Assembly: GCA_001642005.1 (NCBI GenBank)
Contig: LWCA01000201.1
Location: 1 to 40,818, forward strand
Length of the DNA: 40,818 bases
Direction: 5' to 3'
DNA from: Intoshia linei
Taxonomy: Eukaryota; Animalia; Orthonectida
Position 1 is the stretch's first letter. Each line of letters opens with the position of its first letter. Shown in pieces: positions 1-12,400 of this stretch. The translations under genes and the position numbers were made by a program. Below the pieces are notes generated by a model, which made no database searches, was not told the origin of the DNA, and saw only the letters and a program-made list of their open reading frames with translations.

Positions 1-52
1 CCCTCGGCAGAGCTAGGTGCTGTTTGTACGTAGTACAAAACCGCCAAGCTAG
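1..52 (+). mobile_element. 3' terminus of non-autonomous Helitron (rest outside window)
   Basis: Hairpin TTTGTAC-GTA-GTACAAA followed ~10 nt later by CTAG|T (49-53). Same terminus as the complete copies at 23527-24511 and 27568-28814. Confidence 0.75.
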
Positions 53-102
53 TAAATTATAATATTTATTGTATTCCAATTTTGAAAATTATTTATTTCA
101 TG

Positions 103-141
103 GACTGTACTGGTCCACGGACCGGCATTTGGGAACCGCTG
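103..141 (-). mobile_element. Terminal fragment of hAT (Charlie/Buster-like) MITE
   Basis: Reverse complement begins CAGCGGTTCCCAAA...GGTCCGTGGACC, similar to CAGTGGTTCCCAAAGTGGTCCACATGGACC at 21549. No partner end found. Confidence 0.4.
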
Positions 142-299
142 TAATAGTAGATTTCAAACTGGTTTTGTTGAGAATTTGTTAAACTACCCGAGAAGATTTG
201 GAATTAATTAACATTTTAATTTTATTACTCAGACGAATACTGGCAAAGATTACTTTAGGGAAAAATTAATATAAAATAATTCCTGCAAGTTTTAAAAAT

Positions 300-570
300 G
301 TATTCTATCGAGGTGATAAAAAATTTTTTCTATGAAAATATATGTAATATATTGATGCGACGATTAATGTTAGATCTGAGGATATATCGATTCATCGGCA
401 AATTCCAATATTTAACCAAACAACTAAGTACAAAAAAATATATCCGACATTAATTAAAACGTAATTCGCAAATTATTGTCGTACGGTGTATGGTAGTATT
501 CGCCATCGTGGATGGCGCGACACACATGTAAAAAAATTTTCAGAAAGTATAGAAAGTATTTTGTATCATT
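300..570 (+). pseudogene. Possible degenerate non-LTR retrotransposon RT fragment inside a PRIM2 intron
   Basis: Stop-interrupted frame YIDATINVRSEDISIHRQIPIFNQ...TLIKT*FANYCRTVYGSIRHRGW loosely resembles the LINE RT thumb region (YLG..I....DI.RQ....F / LF..YC..FYGS.LW). Similarity is weak. Confidence 0.3.
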
Positions 571-736
571 AAACTATTACAAAAAAAATTCGAACGGTCG
601 GGCTAAATGTTTCTATTCCTACAGAGGTGATACTGAAAAAAAATTGCGATGACTCGTCATTAGTAGTACTTGCTCTCGAGATTTTAAAAATAATTTTAAA
701 ACTAAAATCACCTTTTATAAAATGATAATAAATTAC

Positions 737-1902
737 GGTTAGTGCTTTTAAAAGTTGACATCGAAAACGTTGAGATAAAATTTTTTCAATAAAAATCAGT
801 GGTACGTAAGCATATCCTTTTTTCAAAAATACATTTCTAGTTCGCACAAGGTCGTTGACATGTTCAAATCGAATCTAAATAAAATAATAAACAAATTGAA
901 ACCTATAAAATATGAAAATATATATAATTTTTCTGAAACATTTTATATAGCAGTTTCCCAAATATGTCAATGTCGCCGACCTGCAATTAGATACTTTCTC
1001 ATAAACACCTAAAAGTTTTAATAGTAGTTATAACGAATGGAACGTAATAAAAAGAAATATTAAAATTTCGTCGGACCACCTTTTATAATCCGTTTACCAT
1101 CGGTGGTTCGTGTGGGTTTTAAAACGAAATTTAAAATAAAAAAAAGTTAAAAACACATTATAGGCATACTATCTAATATCTAATGGAATATAAAAAGTAA
1201 AAGATAATATAAGAATATTATCACCTTATATATAGTACTGTTTTTCAATACATCAATTGGAGCTTTGAGACTATCGGAAAGTTGTTGTATTATTTCAATT
1301 TTATCTTCATTAGTTATCTATAAAATATTATTCAATGATAAAATTAAAAAACTTTGATATAATTGAGATTAATTTCAGAAATGAAATAATCGAGGTCATT
1401 TTTACTAGTAATGCTGCAACGATACTTGAATAATTCCAATTCTTGTCTAACTAACCAACGTCGTGATTCCTTTCTATTAAAAATATTAAACTAACCTTTA
1501 ATCTTGAAAAAAATGTATTACGTTTGACAATAATGAAGTCTGAGAAGGAAATGGGAAATGGTATCATGACGAACGTCAATATCAGATTTCAATTTTATCT
1601 TTAAATTAGATTTGCTCAAGTTATCAGTATACTGTTTTTTTATCCATACATTGTAATTTTCGCCAATGTGACCATGTTTTATAAAGGCAGTTTCAAATAA
1701 CTTTAATACTAAAAAGTAATTTTGAAATTTTCAGACAGTATAGATTACACGCAATTCGGTCTGCAGCTAGTTGTTCAAATTCGTCTAAGGAAATTTTCTC
1801 TCGAGGAGGCTTAGAGTATAGAGAAAGATTTCTAAATGTTTTCGTTTCCAATTCACAGATACTTTTATTATTACTTGCAGTAGTAATAAAAGAAACGTCC
1901 AT
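737..1902 (-). CDS. PRIM2: DNA primase large subunit, 5' exons (1902-1749, 1708-1522, 1473-1353, 1317-1225, 874-737); Fe-S domain exons not seen, presumably left of the window
   Basis: Spliced motifs LYSKPPREKISLDEFEQLAADRIALLKLFE, RHDTISHFLLRLHYCQTKESRRWLVRQELELFKYR and DLVRTRNVFLKKGYAYVP. GT-AG introns keep the frame. Confidence 0.92.
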
Positions 1903-1961
1903 TTTATAAAAAATATGAAAGTGAAAATAAGTTTTGTATTCTTTTTAAATTGACCGATAAA
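1903..1961. promoter_or_regulatory. 59-bp divergent intergenic region between PRIM2 and cullin start codons
   Basis: PRIM2 ATG at 1902-1900 (-) and cullin ATG at 1962-1964 (+). Promoter function is inferred from the geometry only. Confidence 0.5.
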
Positions 1962-4114
1962 ATGATAAAGTTAAATTTTTTAACTGACTGGAAATCAGTG
2001 GGTGATTCAATTTTGAAAATCATGTACACTAAAAAATGCACTTGTCGAGAAATGTCTGATCTATATTCAAAAATTTATTCAATATGCTTGTGGGATGAAC
2101 AAAGTATCTGTAAAATAACGAAATGGTTGGAAAATGAATTTATTAAATATTTTAGTTTGCAAGCTCAAAAATTGAACACATTTGTGTGCGACGAATACAC
2201 TTCAGAGTCCAATGAAACAAACACTGAATTGACGAATTGTTATGCTGATATATGGAATGATTTTTTAGGTATTTATGAATGCATACCAAAAGCTTTTCGA
2301 CAGCTAGATTTACAAAAATTGATCCAATTGTCAGGATATCCAGAAATACGGGGAAAGCACAGTTTTGTGGCAGAATTAATGATTGTTTGTTTTTATAAGC
2401 TTGTGTTCTTTAGTTATGAAGACGATTTGTTGAATGTCTATTTTACAGCATTAAATTCCCTCAGAAATGAAACTATCATTGAGGACAAAATGAAAGAAAA
2501 CATTTTTAAAATTATTGAAATTTATGAATATTTACCTGTAAAACAAAAAAGAATGAATTTTCAAATTAAATTTTGGCAAAATATTTTTACCTTTTATAAT
2601 TATTGGATTATAAACAAATTAGATTTATTGACATTTTCTCATTTTATTGAAAAATTATTTCCTTTAGAAGTTTCTTTCTTTCTTTGTTCAAGTTCAAATT
2701 TGACAAAGCATCTTCCTGATTCTGCAATAGAAGACATGCCTAAAAAATCATACAAAGAATTAGAAATCTATATAATTGACAAATCATACAATTTTATTTC
2801 ACCACTCAAATCTAAAAGATCTGCTCTTTCGGATTTTAAACTATTTTTGGTTGATCATTTTATTTTAAAATATAAAAAGTTGATTCCTAATTTACTTTGC
2901 ATCATCAACCTGAAGTGTAAGGATAGGGATATATATAAAATAATCAATTTTTTGTCCTGCTATCCTACCATTTTTGAGGAAACCATTACGAAATTAAAAG
3001 AATATTTTGTAGCTCACCATTTACCACAAATTGAATCCCATGAATTGAATAATTATTTACCGCTTTTGGCCAGTATATTTAAAATTGTTGACAAATTTAT
3101 TAATTTATTTGAAAAAGATTTCATCGATTTGTTTCCCAGTTTAAAACATTTCGAAGAGGATGTAATGGTTTCTTTAATTAATTCAGAAAAGGAATCAATT
3201 GTTTTAAAATTTTCAAAAGAAAGTTTAGTCAAGGCTAAAGTTAGTCAAACGCAATTGATTTTAAACGAAATTTGGAACTATCATTTCGAAAACAAAATTC
3301 TAATCCTACAAAATCCTTCTTGTTTCAATTTTGAAAAACCAAATTACCTCATTTTGACTCGGATATTCAAATATTTTAGATCTAAAGATATTTTTGTATG
3401 TATTTATAAAAGAAACCTCATTTATCATCTAATTAATTGTTGTTATAAAAAAAAATTTTTTAACCAATATTTGGATAAAATATTATTTAAAATCACAGAA
3501 TTCGCTCAGGTATTATTTATTATCATGTTTAATTTAATCTTTACCAAATCCAGTCTGAAAATGAGAATTTAAAAAAATTTATTTTACTATCAAAAACTTT
3601 TGTTTAAAAAGAACAAATCATTTAAATTAATTTTTAAATGATCACAATCAAAAATGTATATTTATTAGATGTGTTTATAATATATTTAGCTATCTAATAT
3701 GACTACTGAAGACTATATGGGTCTGAAATTGGTTATTCTTAATTTGAAAAATTTTGATATCAATATTGAATTTGAATCAATCAAACCATACAATTACATT
3801 ACTGAAAAAACTTGCATTAGTATATTTTTATTTCAATTTTATCAATACTGATTAAAAAAATAAAACATTGGTTGAATTTTCGTTTATGTAGATTGAACCA
3901 TGTAAACTGGTTTTGATGTTATATAATTTTATTTTTTGTAGAACCAATCATTTTTTCTAGCTCTGAATATAACGAAATTCAATCAAAATGGGAATGTAAT
4001 GATGGAATTTTTAGAAATATCACTAATCAATTGGATACCCAATTTTTGACAAAGTACCCAAATCGAAGCATAAATTGGGATTTTCAAAAATCTTATTCTA
4101 TCGTATATTTTTAA
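1962..4114 (+). CDS. CUL5: Divergent cullin-5-like protein (exons 1962-3509, 3690-3819, 3942-4114), lacking the C-terminal winged-helix/neddylation region
   Basis: LYSKIYSICLWD, IWNDF...IPKAFRQLD and FKYFRSKDIFVCIYKRNLIYHLI align with CUL5 (VHAVCLWD, LPKPFCQLE, KYVQNKDVFMRYHKAHLTRRLI). Later exons give LKLVILN and FLTKYPNRSINW of the cullin-homology domain. The 3' structure is uncertain. Confidence 0.7.
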
Positions 4115-4597
4115 TATTGAAATTATAGTAAGATTTATAATTAACTAGGGTGACTTTTATTTACTATTTATTTATTATTTATGATAATGCTGATGATTTT
4201 AAAAAGTATCCCATACTTTATGTTTTATAAATTTTAGGACATGATTAATTTTTAAAACAAGGGTGAAGGGTAATTTGTGTTTTGACCATGAAGGTATGCA
4301 TTTCTGATGCTGCGATTTACGACAATGTTAATTCTTTTAAAACGCGTTTTAGTAATGTATGTTTTACTAAATTTTTGGCCTGATTTTATTTTTAAACAAA
4401 AAGGTAAATTGGGTTTTTTAAATTAAACGACTGTCAATTTAAACTAAAATTAAATCGTAGGCATAAAATTTTTCACGACAACCCCCTCTCACCTCAAATG
4501 TGATTATTGAAATTTATACAAAAATGTTAGGATAACTTTAAAACATTACTTTATTTATGTATAATCAGCTTTTATTTTGTTTCTATAGATAATTATG

Positions 4598-5160
4598 TTG
4601 GTAATTCCTTTGATGCATTTACCATGTTTTGTGTACTATTTTGTTTTTTTAAATTTATTTCTAGCTCATTTATTTTGGTTTTTAATGATGTTTGAATTTC
4701 TCATAATTAACCCAAAAAATATACCTAAAATTTATTATAAACTCAAAATGAATTTCGTAAATAAAATAAAACAAAATCAACTTTTTAAACTACCTTAATT
4801 TGCATTTATGCTAGAAATCCATAGTTCCACCTGCGTAACATTTTTTTGGAAGATATTATTGCATCATCTTTGCTGTTCTTGATTCTTATAATTGATTAAA
4901 ATGTCAAAATAATTAATTTTTTAACAAATTAAATGAAATGTACATTTCTAACCGTATAATATCGTGTGCAATTTTTTTTACAACTGCATAATTAGAATAA
5001 CTCCTGGGCTATACCCAATGGGTATTACCCATGTTGGCATGAATATATTATTTTTTAAATTAGATTGATTTGCAATTAGAAAAATCTAGTATATCTATTC
5101 GATGCACCTGCCTTCAACTTGAAATATTACATTTGGTAATGCAAAAGCCATGTACCCTTA
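4598..5160 (-). pseudogene. Unidentified exon-like decayed coding sequence
   Basis: Phase-consistent GT-AG junction joining ...HANMGNTHWV*PRSYSNYAVVKKIAHDIIR|IKNSKDDAIISSKKMLRRWNYGFLA*MQIK, with several in-frame stops. No family recognised. Confidence 0.25.
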
Positions 5161-5838
5161 AACATTTATCTGATTCCATTCGAATTGACGTAAATTATAT
5201 CAAAACGGCGTTAAATGTAATTATTCATGTCAATTTTAGATATTGAAATGTTTCGCTAAAGTGTTTCAACATGAAAATCTTTTGAAAATCGGTTTTATTG
5301 GCCTTTCACGTAAAAATATGATTTGACTTGGATTTTTCATGGGGACCAAAAAAAATTGAATTAATTCTTGATTGAATTGAATTTCGAAATCATTTTTTTA
5401 GAGTTATTAAGGAAAAGTTTAACGACCTCATAATTAAAAGTGAATTAATGTGATTCAAAATTACAATTTAAAGTTTTTAATTATACTAGTACATTGTACG
5501 TGTACGTTATCCACCATCTGTTGAACTTTTATATCGATTTGTAGTAATCAAAATTGATTTTTGATAATGAAATTTGTACGTTAAAATAAATAAATATAAA
5601 TGTAGGGTCTATGTTTCCACAAATCATATCAAAACCAAATTATAAAAGTTTTTGAAAGCAACAAATTAATCATTTCAAAAACTAAAATGACGCAGGAAAT
5701 GACATTTAAATTAAATTTGGATTATTCAATCAAGTACTTATATTCAAATTAATTAATATATTTATTTAGAAATTCGTCGCAATTAATCAATATAATGTTA
5801 TAATAAATTTAATAAATATTATTGACCTAACAAAATAT

Positions 5839-6916
5839 TCAATCAAAAAAATCTAGTGGGTTGGAATTTCCAAATTTTTGTGGAGTATTTTGCATAAATG
5901 AACTATTGGGTTTATTGGTATTGTCAGGTTTTATAGGTTGAATTGTGTCAGAATTTGAAAAAAGAGTAAAAATTGATGCATTAGTTGAATCTGCCTTCAC
6001 GTGTAACGAAAATATATCGTCAGACTGTGCTGACTTTTTATTTAATAGTAAATTTGATGATTTATCATCAGTTTTGGTTTGAAATATATCAGTGGGTTCG
6101 TTTGAGACGCTTAGAGAAAGCAAATCGGTATTATCTTTTTTAGTACCCAAAGTTAATAAATCATTTGCTGTATTGCTAGTACTCAGTAAACCTAATATTA
6201 ATATAATACAAATGTATTTTAATTACCTTTTGAGCTGTTTGCGTCTGTAAACTTTGTCATGTCAATTTTGATAAGTGAATTGGTGGTAATATTCTTTTTA
6301 CTGACTTTTCCCTAAAAATGAATGTTTTGATACACAACGTGCATTACTAATTTGAGATTTTTCGGTACACAGTATGTTGGATCCAACCATGACTTGTTTA
6401 CATATTTTTCTCTGATATAATTGGCCATTGACCTTAATATAAAAGATACATACAATTTAAATTGACAATTACATTCGAGATCGTCGCCGTACATTGGGTT
6501 TCAAGTTTTTTTCGTAGGCTTGGTTTGAAATTTTATTTCCAATGTGTTGTACTACCTAAATAATTAAATAATAATTAATTAGTATTCAGATATTACTGAT
6601 ACTTGTTCTTCTGTCCAAATGTCAAGATTTACTGATTTTACTTTGGAAATGTGTGCACCTAGATTTCTGTGAATTCCGGCGCATTGTATACATAAAAATA
6701 TTCCAATGTTCCAAGAAGCCCACCTAGCACCTATAATAATTTATGATAAATTGAAAATAATTTACCTCTCTTGTTACAATCACAGCAAACGCTATTTTCT
6801 GGAATCTGTATTAGTTTTGTGAGTATGTACTGAATCTCTTCTTGCTCCCTTTGTTTTTTACTCATATTTTTTGGCGGAGCACTTATCTTGCTACTTTTTA
6901 GGTTTGAGTTATACAT
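5839..6916 (-). CDS. SMAP1: SMAP1/2-type ArfGAP (stromal membrane-associated protein), multi-exon
   Basis: ArfGAP zinc finger [55 protein letters not shown], then [12 protein letters not shown]-terminal DLL motifs; ends LDFFD*. Confidence 0.88.
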
Positions 6917-7084
6917 TAAAAATTAAAATATTTTCAATTAAAATTATGCTTATAATTAAGAATCTCAATAGAGCAATATATAACGTATTAAAATTAGTTA
7001 TTTACATTAATATCATGACTACGAAATAGTTGAGAATTTTTGTAAACTAAATCACATAGAATATAACTATATTGATAACGTGGA

Positions 7085-8422
7085 ATGAAAAAATTGGATT
7101 GTAGATTTTATGAGAAAAAATTTCCATCTGTCGATGAGATTGTGAAAGTCAAAGTCAGATCTATAGCTGACATGGGAGCATATGTGGAACTTTTAGAATA
7201 CAATAATATTGAAGGAATGATTTTGCTCAGTGAACTTTCACGTCGAAGAATCAGATCAATCAATAAACTTATCCGTGTGGGACGATTAGAATGTGTTGTA
7301 GTTATCAGAGTTGACGAAGACAAAGGGTATATTGATCTTTCTAAGAGAAGAGCATCTCCAGAAGAAATTCAGCAATGTGAAGTAAAATACGCTGAGGCCA
7401 AAACAGTAATATGTCTCCCGTTATAGTTGATTATTTATTAATTAGGTAAATAGTATCATTTGTCATGTGGCTTCAAAGTTAGATTATGATAATGATCAAC
7501 TAGAAAAATTATACAACAACACTGCTTGGTTCGTTGATCGAAAGTATAAAAGAATAGGAACTGCCAATGAAGTTTTTAAGCATATTACCACGTATTTTTA
7601 AAATTTACTTTTTTCATTGATTCATAGAAATAAAGCGATTCTTGACGATTTCGTGGATATCAACCCCGAAGAAAAAGACATGCTTCTCAAAGTATTGTCT
7701 CATCGATTAGCTGCTCAAATTCTCAAAGTCCGAGCTGGTAATATTTAGCATAGTGTCATTATTTATTTTTAACTAGATATTGATGTTGCTTGTTTTGGAA
7801 GTGATGGAATTCATGCGGTCAAGGATGCACTAAACGCGGGAAAATTGTTGTCGAATGACTCCATGAAAATAAACGTATTTTTTAAATTTAAATTAACATG
7901 TTCTCTTATTCGCTCAGGTAAAATTTAAAAATTTTGGATGTAATGTAATTTTTTTTCAAAATCAGGCGACTGTACTTGTATAATTAATGATCACTTTCCC
8001 TATAACCTTGGAAATATACTCCATTGAGCAATGCTCTGAGCATGCATACATGGACATTTTTCATTGGACATGAAAACCAAAAATAACTGCATTATTTAAT
8101 ATTTAGATAAATCTAATAGCACCACCATTATACTCAGTTAGCTCCCAATATTACGATTCTGTAAAATGCGTACAAGTGATCGGTGAAGTGTTAGATAAAA
8201 TAAAGGAAAAAATTGAAAGCTATAATCTTGGAACATTTACAATTAAGATGCCTGTAATATATTCATTTTTATTTCATAAATATAATTATTATCTTTTAGC
8301 CTAAAGTGGTAACTGACTTTGAACAAATTCAATTAGAAAAATACCTAGAAAAATTAGAAGAAGAAAATAGAGAAGTTAGTGGAGATGAAAATGATAGTGA
8401 ATTTGAATCTGGTGAGGATTAA
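7085..8422 (+). CDS. EIF2S1: Eukaryotic translation initiation factor 2 alpha (6 exons)
   Basis: [10 protein letters not shown]1 domain with Ser51 loop [56 protein letters not shown], and acidic tail [19 protein letters not shown] (TAA 8420-8422). Confidence 0.97.
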
Positions 8423-8879
8423 TTGTACAAATTTACCAAAATTATTTAATTATATTTTTTTACTGTATTTAAAAATTAAATTGTTTGTCCAACACGTAAA
8501 CCACAATTTTTTAAATTATACATTTTACAATTAGCCAATTGTGTTATTGAATAATAAAATAATATTTTAATATTAGAAATGGTTTATGTAAAAAGTTTAA
8601 ATTCAATTTTTCTAAGTCCTTATAAATATTCAATGATATAACTTTTTTCGTATAAGAATAATTTGTTTACATAGTTTAATTATTAACTTGTAAATATGAA
8701 TGTGATAATTAAAATATTACTAAATATAGCTTCACAATACAAACGTACGTTGGATTCAACTCTTTAATTTTGATACTATTCCACGAAGCTCAACTTTTTA
8801 AAATGTAGAGTTTAAATAATTGACAATATAATTGCAAATTAATAAAATATCTTTTAACTAAACAAATATTGATTTTTCA

Positions 8880-9140
8880 GTAATCTTTGCGCATTAAAAA
8901 CGTTTGACTAAAACTCTATTGTATATCATTAATTTTTTGATTAACCACTTATAGCATTACCATGAACTTCCAATTTTTTTGACATATAGACAATTTTTAT
9001 CAAATAGTAATGATTAATTAGGTCTTTCAAAAAAAATTGTTCTATTTTTAAATTTAACTGTAGAGCTGCAAATATTTTCTGAAACGCGTTTCTAGCCATT
9101 CCAAAAAATTTGATATTTTGTCATTTGTTTAATTCTATAT
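8880..9140 (-). pseudogene. Possible degenerate RTE-type LINE RT fragment
   Basis: GMARNAFQKIFAAL followed by a frameshifted RLI.SLLFDKI-like stretch resembles the RTE C-terminal RIGMA..AF.KL motif. Heavily decayed. Confidence 0.3.
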
Positions 9141-9432
9141 TTATTGATAAATATTGTAGAGGTATTGAATTAAAAATTACATGTACATTGTACAGTATAA
9201 AAAAATATGTGACTCGTGAATCCAGAACAGAATCTACTAAATTCGAGGCCACCCGAAGATGAAAAAAAGGTACCAAAATTTTTTTACTTTTTTGAATACT
9301 CAATTTGGTAAATGATGCCCTCATTGTGTTGGTCCTTTTCTTCCTCATGGTGTAAAGCTTGTATTTCGTCGAATATCCGAAGAGGAGTCTAGGATACTGT
9401 AGGTTTGGCATTACGTGAATCATTGTTATATT

Positions 9433-12400
9433 TCAAATTTGAAAAATGTCACCCTCCTAAAAAGGCAGATACATCCAGTAGTTAATATAATTGAACGTAA
9501 TAAAAATAATGTATTGAATAATGTTTACAATTGACCAAATTATTTTTTTCGTTTTAATTTAATAGTTGATACTTCAGACTAAGTTTGAATAATATAATCT
9601 ATAACTAAATAAAAATAACCTTTAATCTTAATGAAATATTTTCGTAAGCTTTAATATCTAAATCTGGTTTACCGACACCATATAATTCAAAATCATGATA
9701 GGTTTTCTAAAATACCATAAAAAATATAATATGATATAAACTTCTAGTAAAACACTCATAACATTTGATTGGTAATCTGATAGAGGTAGACCAGTTCTTT
9801 CGCATAGCCATCTATTGAGAATTTGTATTTTTCTGAAATACCACATCTAAAAAGACAAATACAAATTATCAACAATAATACTACAAATGTACCTGTAAAA
9901 GTTTAATAACAAAGATGTCGTCTGTTATTAATATTTGTATTTTTTCAATATTAGTACGGACAAAATCAATATATTCAAATTCGAATCCACCATCAAAATT
10001 CTGTAAAAATTGAAAAAAGTTATTCAATGGAATAAACGACTTACTCCAATAGAAAATAATGAATTTTTCAATGTTCCTTTATCATATCTGGATAATTTTA
10101 CTAACATTTTGTTGGTTGTCAAACAAAGCTAATTATTTTATAGAATTAAAAAAATGAAATGTCTACCGTTTCTATTACAGCGTTTAACATTGATGCTTTG
10201 AGGTTATCAATAACAATTATTATTTTTTCATCATTATCAATCTATACTGATTAAAATATTATAATAGAAATGGCATACATGTAATCGCGACAGTTCTAAT
10301 GCGTTGAATGTAATTAACGCACAATTTGGTATGGTAGCTTTAAAGTGAATAGTAAGGTTTTTTAAACTTTGTGTGCAAATATTTTCAAGTCTACATAAAT
10401 ATACGTAATCGTAAATATAATATATTAATATTAATATTTACTTGTTCAGTAACATTTTTATTGATGATTTAGAAACTTGTGCAAATCTTTCAATTAAATG
10501 TTCATTAAAAACTGTATCGCACCAATTTAAATTTTTAACAAATTGATTGTCGAGGATATTTAATATTTTATCGATTGATTTACAGCACAAAGTTGTTGGA
10601 TTCCACTTTTCAAATTCCAAATTTATATTTATTAAATTTTGGGATTCTTCTTCAACAAAATGTATATAATCTACCACTGGCGCAGAAAAGAGATCATACA
10701 CACATTTGTGAAATTTTCCGTTTATTAAATTTTCTAAATATCATTATACATTATATACATTGTAGTAATAATAATATTATAATATAATCATTTCAATGAC
10801 TTGTAAATTTACCGTTGGATATTATGAAATCGTTTAACAAATAAAATAGATCAAAGATAATCCAGTTATTTTTGGGTGTTTTTATTAATACAGATTCCAT
10901 ATCAACTGTATACAAAGCCCACAATTTTTCATTAAATTCTTGTATCATGTCTTTATAAAATTCAAATGCCTAAAATAATAATAATAATATATTTATTAAA
11001 TTTTACTTTTCTGTAGTTGTCGTCAATGTCTTCGTTTATGATTATTATATCTTCAGCCAAGGAATAAATGTCTTCTAACATTAAATTGAAATTTTCGTTA
11101 TCTATAAATTGGTTAAAATTATTTTGAATGTTTTGGGTATTTTTATTTTACATATCAGTGGCTTTTGAACTTTCAAGTGTGCCGACCCTTTATAATGTAA
11201 TACTTTTAACTTAAATCTCCAAATAATTTCGAAGACCCTAAGAAACGTATGCCAACCTCTAATGCATAGCAATGGTTCGCGGTACATTTGAATAATTATG
11301 AAAATTATCTTTAAATCTCATCTAACATATTTAATAGACCCTGGGAAAATTAAATGTATATTTACCAACGAGCAAATATTTTTCAGATGTAGTTGTATAG
11401 ATATTTAAAAATGCTTCCTCCAAACACTGCGATATTATTTTGCAGGTTTCGGTATATGATTCTTTAGAAGAAAAACTTTTTAAAATTACTCTATCCAAAA
11501 GAGTAAACGTGTCTTTGAGCATGTTGGGCGGTCTATTATGTGGAAATCTTTCTCTAATTTGATATAATTAAAGTTTATTTTCAAAAATATTACCTAAATT
11601 CTGTTATTTGAGAAGCTATTGATGTTCGAAGTTTTCCTTTAATAATATTGAAATAATTCCGTTCTTCTTCAAACACAGTCGCTTCATTATCGGGCCTAAA
11701 GACAAGATATAAAAAACCAAGTTATATATACAATGAGCGTTTCATATTACCTATGTCCGTTTGTATGAGAAGCACAAAAAGAATAACTAGTGTTTAGTAC
11801 ATTTGGATTTATCAGTATTCCTTCTTCCATATATCCTAATAATTCTTCAATGATACTAAGATGCCGATAACAACCACGTACACCTAAAATTGATAGTTTA
11901 GTCAAAAAGCAAAAAGCAGTGGGTTAATAAAAAGGGTGTCTACTTAAATCCAACCATTTTTACTATTTCCGACTTAAACTCGATTTTTCATTAAAGGTTG
12001 GTAAAAGTGGATTTTTACTTATGTGTTTGTAAAACCGGTATACCGGTAAAAATGTAAATTTCTGAAAGTCAAATTTATCTTACTCTAACTATATAATTAA
12101 ACCATTCATATTTTTTTTCACGTACAGTCAAAACTGTTTAATTTAAAACATTTATTAATAAACTGCTTATTTTCAAATAAATCTGATTTTGAAACTATGA
12201 ATTTTGAAGTATGAAAGTTACAACTACAATTTTAAAATTTTTTTTACATTTTAAATTGATTTTAAATTAAATTTTACATTTTTTTCTAAATCAAGGTAAT
12301 AACTTTTATCACATCAAATATTTTATTTATAATGATATGGCCGTAATCCAAACATATTTAAAAATTATTTACAAATAAATTTAATCAATTTAACATTTTT

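Noticed and set aside
569-736. C-terminal part of the 569-847 ORF as PRIM2 coding sequence
   Set aside because: Homology ends at the GT donor at 736; the rest is intron read-through.
3554-5160. Stop-codon reassignment (in-frame TAA/TAG in exon-like blocks of cullin, the 4.6-5.2 kb fossil and the FLVCR-like gene)
   Set aside because: The eIF2-alpha, CADPS, PRIM2 and Cys-rich exons I translated contain no internal stops, and eIF2-alpha and the Cys-rich gene end in TAA. Frameshifts accompany the stops in the FLVCR-like gene, which points to decay.
7108-7323. Antisense ORF within eIF2-alpha exon 1
   Set aside because: Shadow frame of a conserved gene.
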